Source of the DNA: Sedimentisphaerales bacterium
GTDB lineage: Bacteria > Planctomycetota > Phycisphaerae > Sedimentisphaerales > SM23-30
Direction: 5' to 3' (one strand)
NCBI GenBank assembly: GCA_963666285.1
Contig: OY762711.1
Length of the DNA stretch: 64,000 nt
Made by a program: the position numbers and the translations under genes. The notes beneath the pieces were generated by a model. The model saw nothing but the letters and a program-made list of their open reading frames with translations, did no database searches and was not told the DNA's origin. The first letter of the stretch is position 1, and the number at the start of each line of letters is the position of its first letter. Positions 38,550 through 47,925 of the stretch are shown one piece after another.

Positions 38550-39458
38550 ATGGCTTTGACAAGCGCAAAAATTAAAGAACTGGCATATGAACAAGGTTTT
38601 GTTCTGGCCGGAATAGCGTCAGCAGCAGCAGTTGAGGATCTGGCTGCTGACAGGCTGGTTGAATATATTAACGGTGAACAAAATGCGGGGATGGGATACC
38701 TGGCCAGAAATCTTGAAAAGCGATTAGATGTAACAAGGCTGGTTGATGGTGCCAGGAGTGTGATATGCTGTGCGGTAAGTTATAATAATGTAAATGAAGA
38801 TGTAAATGATGAGCTGTTATATATTGCAAGGTATGCCAGGTTTGGCGATTATCATAATTCGATAAAACGCAGGCTGCGAAAGATGGTAGAGTTAATTGAG
38901 CAGTATTGTGACAGTCGACCCTATACCAGGGTATTTGTTGATACTGCGCCTCTGCTGGAAAAATATTATGCGGTGAAAGCCGGGCTAGGCTGGCAGGGGA
39001 AAAACACTCTTTTGCTGAATAAGGATTATGGCTCCAGGCTGCTGCTGGGAGAGATAGTAATTGACATCGAGCTGGAATATGATGAGCCGGTAGAGACAGG
39101 TTGTGGAGATTGTGAACTTTGTATTCGGGAATGTCCGGGCGGTGCTTTGCTGGACGGAGGAAAGCTGGATTGCAAAAAATGCATATCGTATCATACGATA
39201 GAGTCAAAAGAATTGATACCGGACGATATTGCCGAGCAGATCGGCAACCGTATTTTTGGATGTGACAGCTGCCAGGATATTTGTCCGTACAATATTAATG
39301 CAAAATTGAATACAGACCCGGAGTTTATGGATCGTTTTGTCGGAATTTCAAAAGGTGAACTGGCAACAATGAGTGAAAAAGAGTTTGTTAATCGTTTTGG
39401 TGATACGCCGATATTGCGTGCAGGTTTAGCCAGGTTAAAAATGATAGCGGGAATTTGA
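38550..39458 (+). CDS. queG: tRNA epoxyqueuosine(34) reductase
   Basis: ARYARFGDYH, FVDTAPLLEK, AGLGWQGKN, CGDCELCIRECP, CISYHTIE, FGCDSCQDICPYN. Confidence 0.96.
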   Translation: MALTSAKIKELAYEQGFVLAGIASAAAVEDLAADRLVEYINGEQNAGMGYLARNLEKRLDVTRLVDGARSVICCAVSYNNVNEDVNDELLYIARYARFGDYHNSIKRRLRKMVELIEQYCDSRPYTRVFVDTAPLLEKYYAVKAGLGWQGKNTLLLNKDYGSRLLLGEIVIDIELEYDEPVETGCGDCELCIRECPGGALLDGGKLDCKKCISYHTIESKELIPDDIAEQIGNRIFGCDSCQDICPYNINAKLNTDPEFMDRFVGISKGELATMSEKEFVNRFGDTPILRAGLARLKMIAGI

Positions 39459-39484
39459 GTTTGCCGGTATTGCAGGCATGCTGA

Positions 39485-40744
39485 TCAATAAGCTTTTTTG
39501 ATTTTAGCTTGGGGATAGTAGAAAGCCAGTATTTGTATATCGTTATGACCAAGTGCCGCCATTTGCTGAGCGCCTCTCTGGCAAAGCCCTACACCATGCC
39601 CCCAGCCATGCCCATTGGAAATAATCCAGCCAGTCCGGTCAGAGTTTTCTTTAATATCGTAGCAGCTGCTAAGTATTTTTGCCTGGCTGGAGTAGAGGCT
39701 CAGTCTAAAGTCTTCAGCTTTGACTTTTTCGGCTTTGCCAGCGATATCATAGAGGTAGAGTTCTTCGATTCTGCCAAAGGAGTTTTTCTTTGCCGGTATT
39801 ATAGTCTGGATAATTCCCAGCTTGTATTTTTTGCCGAGTATATCTGTGACATATTTTCTGGTGAGTTCAACCGGTGCCCAGTTGTACTGTTGGGGCGGCG
39901 TTGTAACTTTACAATATGGACATTCCTTAGCGGGCAGTTCGTCCAGGAAATAGTCAAAAACCGGTCCGGCTGATTGAGTACTGCCCCCGCAGCATGCACT
40001 ATAGAATGCCGGCAGAATAGCTTCTTTACCGTGGTCGACAGTAGTCAGGACAAGACCGGATGTTTGCCTGACGGCCATGTTGATCCGATCATTTTCTGCC
40101 GAAACACCTTTATAGCATTGACTGGCCTGGGTGCTGCCGAGATCCCACATTTTTCTGGAATTCAGGTTCATTTGCCAGATAGCATAACTGCGAGCGGCGA
40201 TAGATTGAGCTCTTAAAGCGTCCAGATGCCAGTTAGCATATACTTCCGAGCCGACGACCGATTGCAGATAAAGTTCCAGTTTGATATTATTAACAATAGC
40301 AATTTTGCCATACGGCCGGGCGATTAGTTTGATATTACCTCGATATTTGCCATCAAGTTTGGGCTTACCATCATCAAAAGCATTCAGGGCGGCAAAAGAA
40401 TAATCGTCATTCGATAAAATGACCAGTTCAGACGGTTCTGACATTATGGTTTTGCCGTTGATAATCCATTTATTATTAACCAGCTCGATTTTCCATGTTT
40501 TACCGGAAAGCGGTATAGCTGAGGATATGTCACTATTATCTGTGATAAGATTTCTGGGGGTGGCAGCAGACAGTTCAATATGATCAGCGGTAGCAAGAAA
40601 AACTCTTACATTTGGAGAGGTAGTAGGAATCTGGCTGTAAATACCCGGGTTATAATGTGATATGGGTTCATCCCGGTCAATACAGCCGATAAAGAACAGC
40701 AGTATCGCTAAGAGTAGTAATGTTATGTAGGGGAGGAATTTCAC
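39485..40744 (-). CDS. SpoIID/LytB-domain lipoprotein
   Basis: YRGNI, LELYLQSVVGSE, ALRAQSIAARSYA, GWGHGVGLCQRGA, ILAFYYP. Confidence 0.93.
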   Translation of the reverse strand: MKFLPYITLLLLAILLFFIGCIDRDEPISHYNPGIYSQIPTTSPNVRVFLATADHIELSAATPRNLITDNSDISSAIPLSGKTWKIELVNNKWIINGKTIMSEPSELVILSNDDYSFAALNAFDDGKPKLDGKYRGNIKLIARPYGKIAIVNNIKLELYLQSVVGSEVYANWHLDALRAQSIAARSYAIWQMNLNSRKMWDLGSTQASQCYKGVSAENDRINMAVRQTSGLVLTTVDHGKEAILPAFYSACCGGSTQSAGPVFDYFLDELPAKECPYCKVTTPPQQYNWAPVELTRKYVTDILGKKYKLGIIQTIIPAKKNSFGRIEELYLYDIAGKAEKVKAEDFRLSLYSSQAKILSSCYDIKENSDRTGWIISNGHGWGHGVGLCQRGAQQMAALGHNDIQILAFYYPQAKIKKAY

Positions 40745-40781
40745 AATATCTAAAATAACGTATTGTTACGGTAAGGGCAAT

Positions 40782-40814
40782 AAAAAAAGGTAAAGCAGTA
40801 ACTACTTTACCTTT
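40782..40814 (-). terminator. Intrinsic terminator
   Basis: A-tract + AAAGGTAAAG..CTTTACCTTT. Confidence 0.7.
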
Positions 40815-40841
40815 GAATAATTAAAATTGACAACATGACTA

Positions 40842-42224
40842 TCAGCTGTCGAGTTTTCTCAGGCCGAGCCCATTTTCAGAAAGCTTTTCGTTTACTTCTG
40901 TAAGTGAGGTCATACCGAAGTTTTTGCAGCCAAGTAATTCAGCTTCAGTTCGGCTGGTAAGGTCAGCCAAAGATCCGATATTAAGTCTGTCAAGACATTT
41001 ACGGCTGCGTACTGACAGATTAAGTACATCGATACTCTGGTTAAGAATCTCATTGTCAACCTGATCGTTTTGAGCAGACAGGCTGTCACTTTTGATAGAT
41101 TTTGAGTTATCTTCAACCATCTGGCCGAGTCTGAGGTTTTTGCTGCCGAGGATCTGTTTGATTTCCAGCAGGCTGGTTTCGCCAAAGTTCTTGTAGGCGA
41201 GCAGTTCAGCTTCGGTAACGTTAAGTAAATCTCCGACAGTGCGGATATTCATCTTTCTCAGGCAATTTCTGCTGCGAACAGAAAGTTCGAAATCAGAGAT
41301 AGGGATTTCGAGAACCTTATTGCGTTTATCAACTCTGCGTTCACGATCTTCATCGTAGTACATATACATACTGGCTTCGATGTCTTTGGCAAACATCCTG
41401 GCACGGGCATGATTTGGCCATGAAGCCAGAACAGCCTTAACGCATTGATAAGCCTGTTCATACTTTCCTTTGTCTTCGTACAGAACTGCCAGGTTGAGCA
41501 GAGCATTAACAGAAGGAGCAGGTTTATCGATACATTTTTTATAATAATCAATAGCGACGTCTTCATCGGCATACAGATTGCAGATATACGCCAGCTGGAA
41601 GCATGCCTTGGTATGGTCCGGGTCTAGAGTGGTAGCTCTTTCCAGTTCGTTGATTGCTTCCTGGTGGTCGCCCTGTATATCAAGCAGTCTTCCGAGTTGA
41701 TAATGATATTCAGCCCTGATTTCGCCGATACGTGACGCACGTTTGAGCTTATCCATAGCTTCTTCGAATTTAGCGGCATGTCGAAGTGTACATACGATTT
41801 CCATTGACACGTAAAACTGGTCAGCCCCGGCTTTTTCAGCGATTTCAAAGGCTTCCAGAGCCTTGTCATACTGCTTCATGTTTCTAAGGGTCTGAGCCTT
41901 TAGCATCAGGCAATCCACATTCGGGCTGCTGATTTCACCGAGCCAGTCGATAACTTTATCATATTCGTTGATAATAGAATATCCTTGTGCTACCTTGAAA
42001 GCCTGGACAGCGTCATTTTTGAATTTTCCACCGTTTGAAATTACTTCAGCCGGGAAGAACTTTTTGAAGTCGTTAAAATTATATACATTAGCCATGATAT
42101 AATTTTTGAAGTTGTTAAATTCTTCGCCGGTAAACGGTTTGTCGGAACTGAACCAAGTCAAAAGATTAACTTCAGGTAATCCCTGGCTTGTATTGCTGCT
42201 TTCCGTTGTTGCTACTTCGGTCAT
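40842..42224 (-). CDS. TPR-repeat protein with two RNA polymerase alpha-CTD-like domains
   Basis: TPR-like helices, then ELSVRSRNCL..NFGETSL and NLSVRSRKCL..NFGMTSL. Confidence 0.92.
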   Translation of the reverse strand: MTEVATTESSNTSQGLPEVNLLTWFSSDKPFTGEEFNNFKNYIMANVYNFNDFKKFFPAEVISNGGKFKNDAVQAFKVAQGYSIINEYDKVIDWLGEISSPNVDCLMLKAQTLRNMKQYDKALEAFEIAEKAGADQFYVSMEIVCTLRHAAKFEEAMDKLKRASRIGEIRAEYHYQLGRLLDIQGDHQEAINELERATTLDPDHTKACFQLAYICNLYADEDVAIDYYKKCIDKPAPSVNALLNLAVLYEDKGKYEQAYQCVKAVLASWPNHARARMFAKDIEASMYMYYDEDRERRVDKRNKVLEIPISDFELSVRSRNCLRKMNIRTVGDLLNVTEAELLAYKNFGETSLLEIKQILGSKNLRLGQMVEDNSKSIKSDSLSAQNDQVDNEILNQSIDVLNLSVRSRKCLDRLNIGSLADLTSRTEAELLGCKNFGMTSLTEVNEKLSENGLGLRKLDS

Positions 42225-42832
42225 TTGATACTCCCAAAGAAAAAATATTATTTTGTGCCTGCCACCTGGTACATACAGCCAAATTCCTGGTACGCAGGTT
42301 GTTAATTATGTTTTATAAGCATACTTTCCAAATTTATAGAAAAATAGCAAGCTGGGCATTATATAGTATAGAGGGCGTGTTGTCAAGTGGGGCAGGGGGC
42401 CGGAAACCGGTGTGACAGGCCAAAATGTGATATTTTTGCACTAGTCAGGTTATAGGACTTTTTGCTGAAAAATTTCTTTTGGCAATTAATTAGTTTGTAC
42501 CATGACATAACCTGTTATATAATAACCCTATACTTTTTGTGTTGAGAATATTTCAGATTGCCGGCATATACCGTTTTTTTGCGAAAAACCCGGCATTCCG
42601 ATATGTGTTGAATTTATAGAATGTGGGATGAAAGTGATCGCTGCCTGAGGATATGGCCATAACGATTACAAATGGAGTTGTGAGTTTCCGTTAGTGATGG
42701 TCAGAGGCTGAACAACTAAATTACGAAGCGAGCTGTAATTGAGTTTGGATTAGGATTTGGTTGGCATTTCAGGGAGTAATTCTACAGTTAGAGTTTAAGG
42801 TGAAAAAAATATGCCGGACAATTTTGTCTATC

Positions 42833-42862
42833 TTGACAATAATGTGTTAATTTAGGTAAAAT
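42833..42862 (+). promoter_or_regulatory. Sigma70-like promoter
   Basis: TTGACA-N18-TAAAAT. Confidence 0.45.
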
Positions 42863-43142
42863 ACGCAGTTTTTTTGAAATTTAACGATTTTTTTGCTAAA
42901 TATTTATTTCACAATTAAATTATGACGACTTATAATACTGGCGCTGTTAATGTTAGCTGGTTTGCAATGGATTGATATGCAGTATGTGACTGCAGTCGGC
43001 TTAAGAATAAGTGGAAATTTTTTTCCGCATAAATTTGCAGGCAAATGCAGAATTTTTGAGCAAGACCGGAAAGGTAAAGTTGCAAAAGTTATTAAGGCAT
43101 TAATGGCCGATAAATTTGATTCTCTTTTCTCCTCCTTTGCTT

Positions 43143-43188
43143 GGTGAGGCAGGGCAACCCCTCCTGTTCTGCTTCACCGCTTTTTTTT
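43143..43188 (+). terminator. Intrinsic terminator with no obvious upstream gene
   Basis: GGTGAGGCAGGGCA-loop-TGTTCTGCTTCACC-GC-T8. Confidence 0.75.
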
Positions 43189-43515
43189 CTGATTACCTTC
43201 ACCGCTTATAATTTGATTTGATATGGCGAACTTGTAAGGTTTGTGTGGATTATAGGGTAATTTTTTTAATGATATATAGGGGTTAATGACTATTTTTAAA
43301 TATTTATCGCTCCTGAATGATAATTTAATATTATATTATTAATCTAAGAGATAATATATACGAGCGGCAAGTAATTGCTTTTTGGAGAAGTTGAAACCGG
43401 GCAATTGGCTTAATGCTTATATTAAAAGTTCTTATGACAATTTAAAAGAAGTGATAGAAGCTGAAAAAGGTCCGCCCAGAGCGGCGGAGATTTGGCAAAA
43501 AAAAAAGATTTCAAG

Positions 43516-43544
43516 TTGACTAGAAGGCTTATAATTGCTATATT
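43516..43544 (+). promoter_or_regulatory. Sigma70-like promoter upstream of the surface-protein cluster
   Basis: TTGACT-N17-TATATT. Confidence 0.4.
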
Positions 43545-44126
43545 GAATAAGTCAGAAGAAGAGATTTTTTAGTTCTTGTAAAGAAATCTCCAGGTTTTTT
43601 TAGTCTATTTAATTTTGATTTTCTGTAAATCACTTATATATGTTCTTTTACAAATGAATAGAGAAAATGGCATTTTTCTTTTAAGTACGTGATTTTTTTT
43701 GGTCGATTATACCAAAAATGCTATAATATATGTATGGCATAGAGGCATAATTGTCAGGATGAAGATCTGCTTAAAGGCTTTGAAAGGTTTTCAAAGAAGT
43801 GGACTTTGTTAGAAAAGGTTTCAAGCCTTCGTGTGAGGAAGGTTCAAAAAAGTAGGAAAAGGCATATACACATAGTAAATAAAGCCTGATTATGCGGTTA
43901 GCAGTTCTGTTTGTTCGCAGTAAAAAGCTTAAACCGCTCAGGAAGTAAATGTATAATATTATGTAAAATTCTCTCGGAGGAAGGGAGGAGGTAAATGCCC
44001 GGCAAAAAATGAAACGATTTTCTGTATATCTGGCCCGATCTGGTCTTGAGGCGACTGTATCCGCGGTGGATAACAGTAAATTGTTTATTATTTTATTTTA
44101 ATCTGTTCACTTAGGAGTATTTTAAG

Positions 44127-44834
44127 ATGAGAAATTTAATTGCTATTTTGGCTGTATTGGCTATGGGCGTAAGTGCTATGGCAGATGTAACTTGGGTAGA
44201 AGATAATACTACTGCAAAAACATCTGTAATGACATGGACATCATCAGAACCTCTGGCAGGTATGGCACTGGAACTGGCTGTTGCTGATGGTACAAGTTTG
44301 ACATCGGTTGCTATGACTGGTTTCAATGTATTTATCGACCAGGCTTACAGCACACCAGGTTTCACAACTCTGGAATCTGTTAACACAAATCCTGCAGCTA
44401 ATGCTGACGCTCCAGGCGCTATCACAGATCTGACAGGCACTTTCGCAGTTTGCGGCGGCAGCCTGACTGAAGATCACGCCGGTGTTTCTACCGGTACTAT
44501 CGTTCTGACAGCAGATGTTAGCACTACAGTTGATATCACTGCTGACGAAACACGTGGTGGTGCTGTTGCTATGGGTGGCGCTGCTGTTGCAGTAACTCCA
44601 GTTACAGCTACAATTACAGCTGGTCCGACATGTTGGAGTTATGAATACTTCACAAGCGGTGACGCTGATGGTGATGGCGATGTTGACACTGATGACTGGC
44701 CAATCTTCCGTGATGCATTTGGTACAGCTGAAGGTGATGCTGCTTATAATCCATGTGCTGACTTTGATAAAGATGGTGATGTTGACACTGATGACTGGCC
44801 AACATTCCGTGATAACTTTGGTAAGACTTTCTAA
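44127..44834 (+). CDS. Secreted protein with C-terminal dockerin-like duplicated Ca-binding domain (copy A)
   Basis: Signal peptide; GDADGDGDVDTDDWPIFRDAFG...ADFDKDGDVDTDDWPTFRDNFG. Confidence 0.9.
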   Translation: MRNLIAILAVLAMGVSAMADVTWVEDNTTAKTSVMTWTSSEPLAGMALELAVADGTSLTSVAMTGFNVFIDQAYSTPGFTTLESVNTNPAANADAPGAITDLTGTFAVCGGSLTEDHAGVSTGTIVLTADVSTTVDITADETRGGAVAMGGAAVAVTPVTATITAGPTCWSYEYFTSGDADGDGDVDTDDWPIFRDAFGTAEGDAAYNPCADFDKDGDVDTDDWPTFRDNFGKTF

Positions 44835-44926
44835 TTTTTGTTAATTAGTAGTTGTTAAATTTTGTAAATTTGTAAATCAATTTAATTAAGACGTTTTATT
44901 TAACTTAATTTCTAAGGAGAAATGTT

Positions 44927-45544
44927 ATGAAGAAGTTTTTTGCTTTTGTTTTGGTTATGGCTATGTCTACAGTAGTATTTGCTAGTGCAGCAAATCCAGT
45001 AGTAAGCCTTGTAATTCCTGGTGAAACAGCAGTTGATGGTATTTACACATTGCCTGCAGGCGTGTATGACGTTGAATTGGTAGTAGGAAGAAATGCTTAT
45101 ATGTATGGCGAAACTCCTTATCCAGCATTCGATGGATACCAGGTATCAAGTATTGCTGCTAGCATGGAAACAACCAACTGTTCTCTTCAGATTACTGATG
45201 ATGGCCTTCCATTCACAACAGACGTTATCATGTATGGTGATGGAGTAGCACCTGGTGCTAATAACAGCTTAAGCCTGATTCAGGCAGTATCTCTGTCTGA
45301 TATGGGTCCAGATTTCGTTATCGCTTACAACTTCCAGGTTGTATACGATGGCGTTGGAACAGCAGTAGTTGATCTGGGTCTTGTTGGTACATCACAATAT
45401 CGTGCTGCTGCTGCTAGCACAGGTGCTGGTTACGAAGGCATGATTGAAGCAAGTCTGGGCGACTTGGTAATCGTTCCAGAGCCAATGACAATGTCTCTGC
45501 TGGGTCTTGGCGGCCTGGTAGCAGTTCGTCGTCGTCGTGCTTAA
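44927..45544 (+). CDS. PEP-CTERM protein (copy A)
   Basis: Signal peptide; VPEPMTMSLLGLGGLVAVRRRRA. Confidence 0.93.
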   Translation: MKKFFAFVLVMAMSTVVFASAANPVVSLVIPGETAVDGIYTLPAGVYDVELVVGRNAYMYGETPYPAFDGYQVSSIAASMETTNCSLQITDDGLPFTTDVIMYGDGVAPGANNSLSLIQAVSLSDMGPDFVIAYNFQVVYDGVGTAVVDLGLVGTSQYRAAAASTGAGYEGMIEASLGDLVIVPEPMTMSLLGLGGLVAVRRRRA

Positions 45545-45605
45545 TTTAAGCTGACAAATGATGGCTATAGCCAAAAGTATCTTATAGATACTTAAAAAAA
45601 CAATT

Positions 45606-45641
45606 AACGGCGTGGTTCGTAGTATGATCCACGCCGTTTTT
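45606..45641 (+). terminator. Intrinsic terminator
   Basis: AACGGCGTGG..CCACGCCGTT + T-tract. Confidence 0.8.
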
Positions 45642-45896
45642 TATTTTAAAATATGATATGGTCCATAACTGTCTAATTGCCTTACGGCGTGTTTGCGTGA
45701 TCTGTGGACATAATATTAACTGGAATTGTGTTGTTATTAGGTTGCTGATTTGGTAAATTAAATATTGAGTGACGGCTGTGCAGCCAAAAAAAGTGTAAAG
45801 ATTGTGTAGTCGCTGTCGCTCGCGTTATCAATTTGGTTTCAACATAATATAAATTGTTTGTTTAATTTGAGTTTCTTTTCTATAAGGAGTGTTAGA

Positions 45897-46604
45897 ATGG
45901 GTAAAATGCTGATTTCTCTATTTGTATTGGCTATGAGTGTATGTGCGTTTGCGGATGTTACCTGGTCTGAGGATAATAGTACTGCAGGTACTTCAATTAT
46001 AACCTGGACATCTTCTGAGCCGCTGGCCGGCCTGGCACTGGAACTGACAGTTATGAGTGGCGAATTGGATTCTGTTGAAATGACCGGTTTTAATGTATAT
46101 ATTGATCAGGCTTACAGTACACCGGGATTTACAAATCTTGAAGAAGTAAACACCAACCCGGCAGCTAATGCTGATGCACCGGGAGATATAACTGATCTGA
46201 CTGGCAAATTCACGATATGCGGCGGCAGCCTGACAGAAGACCATGCCGGTGTTTCAACTGGGACAATTACTTTGACAGCTTCAGTTGAAATAACAGTTGA
46301 TATTGTTGCTGACGAAACTCGTGGTGGGGCAGTTTCTATTGGAGGTGAATCTGTAGATGTAATTCCGGTTACAGCTACAATAGCTGTTATTTTGGAATCT
46401 TGCTGGAATTATCCATACTTCACAAATGGTGATGCAGATGGTGATGGCGATGTTGACACAGATGACTGGCCGATCTTCCGTGACGCATTTGGTACAGCGG
46501 AAGGAGATGCTGCTTACAGTCCATGTGCTGATTTCGACAAAGATGGTGATGTTGACACGGATGACTGGCCAACATTCCGTGATAACTTTGGTAAAAGTTT
46601 CTAA
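45897..46604 (+). CDS. Secreted dockerin-like protein (copy B)
   Basis: Paralogue of 44127-44834; AAGGAG RBS before ATG 45897. Confidence 0.9.
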   Translation: MGKMLISLFVLAMSVCAFADVTWSEDNSTAGTSIITWTSSEPLAGLALELTVMSGELDSVEMTGFNVYIDQAYSTPGFTNLEEVNTNPAANADAPGDITDLTGKFTICGGSLTEDHAGVSTGTITLTASVEITVDIVADETRGGAVSIGGESVDVIPVTATIAVILESCWNYPYFTNGDADGDGDVDTDDWPIFRDAFGTAEGDAAYSPCADFDKDGDVDTDDWPTFRDNFGKSF

Positions 46605-46647
46605 TTAACGACTTATTATATTATTGATTTTTAAGGAGATTATGGTT

Positions 46648-47274
46648 ATGAAGAATTTTTTTGCTTTTGTTTTTGTTATGACTATGTCTACAATAGCATT
46701 TGCTCATGCAGCATATCCAGTTGTAAGTCTTGAAATTACAGGTGAAACAGCTGAAGCCGATGGGTGGTATTATTTTGGAGCGGGTGTTTATGATCTTGAA
46801 CTTGTAGTAGGCAGAAATTCATATGTGTATGGCGAAACTCCTTATCCGGCATTTGATGGATATCAGGTATCAAGTCTTGCTATAAATATTACAACATCTA
46901 ACTGCTATCTTCAGGTGACAGATGATGGTTTGGATTTTACCGAAGATGTTATCAAATATGGTGCAGGTGTTACTGCCGGTGTTAATAATAGTTTGGAATT
47001 GATTCAGGCGGTATCTCTATCGGATATGGGGCCAGGCTTTGTTATAGCTTATAATTTCCAGCTTGTATGGGATGGTATTGGGCTGCCTCTTGTAGATATG
47101 AGTCTTGCCGGCCTTTCTGAATATCGTGAATATTCTAAAGGTACGGGTGCTGAATATATTGCTATGACAGAAGACTGCCTTGGTGACTTGATAGTCATAC
47201 CTGAGCCAATGACCATGTTTATGCTGGGCTTTGGCGGGTTGTTAGCATTACGTCGGCGACGACAGTATAAATAA
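46648..47274 (+). CDS. PEP-CTERM protein (copy B)
   Basis: Paralogue of 44927-45544; IPEPMTMFMLGFGGLLALRRRR. Confidence 0.93.
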   Translation: MKNFFAFVFVMTMSTIAFAHAAYPVVSLEITGETAEADGWYYFGAGVYDLELVVGRNSYVYGETPYPAFDGYQVSSLAINITTSNCYLQVTDDGLDFTEDVIKYGAGVTAGVNNSLELIQAVSLSDMGPGFVIAYNFQLVWDGIGLPLVDMSLAGLSEYREYSKGTGAEYIAMTEDCLGDLIVIPEPMTMFMLGFGGLLALRRRRQYK

Positions 47275-47329
47275 GCGTGAATTTCACTCATTTTAGATTA
47301 AATATTTACATATGGAATTAATATCGAGC

Positions 47330-47364
47330 GACGCAGGTTTTCGAGAGATCTGCGTCATTTTTTT
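47330..47364 (+). terminator. Intrinsic terminator
   Basis: GACGCAG..CTGCGTC-A-T7. Confidence 0.75.
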
Positions 47365-47661
47365 ATTAATTGTGACTTAGAGATATTTTTTAGTCTAAAT
47401 GATTGTAATTCCAGTATTTGTATCGATATTTCTGGTATTGTTTACAGCTGGTAGCAAAATTTGCCGATAAGATAATGTTAATAAAGAAATAGAAATTCTT
47501 TAGTTGACAACGAGGTAAAAATAGGTTAATTACATATATAATAAAGATTTAGAGCTATGGACGGCTTTGGTTTTTCATTTATAATTAAAGTAAATAATTG
47601 AATTATCCTGTGCGCTTTGCCGGGAAATTGTTAAAATGATATTTAATTAAGGAGTATAAAT

Positions 47662-47850
47662 ATGAAAAAGGCTGCAATTTTATTATGTGTTTTAGCGTTG
47701 ACTATGACAGGTTGTCAAAATACAGAACTGGAAAAATGTCGTGCGGAAAATGCAAAACTAAAAGAAGAAAATGCAAAACTAAGTTACCGACTTGACGAAT
47801 ATATTAAATTATCTAATATAATGATGGAAGAAATAGATGAAAAAGAGTAG
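47662..47850 (+). CDS. Small coiled-coil lipoprotein
   Basis: AAGGAG RBS, MKKAAILL..MTGC lipobox. Confidence 0.75.
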   Translation: MKKAAILLCVLALTMTGCQNTELEKCRAENAKLKEENAKLSYRLDEYIKLSNIMMEEIDEKE

Positions 47851-47925
47851 GTTATAGTTTGTATTTTTTATGAGTAGAAATGATATATTAATAAGTACTT
47901 AAATATTACATAGTTGGAGATTATT

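Noticed and set aside
40842..42224. rpoA
   Set aside because: Lacks the alpha N-terminal domain and the ribosomal operon context.
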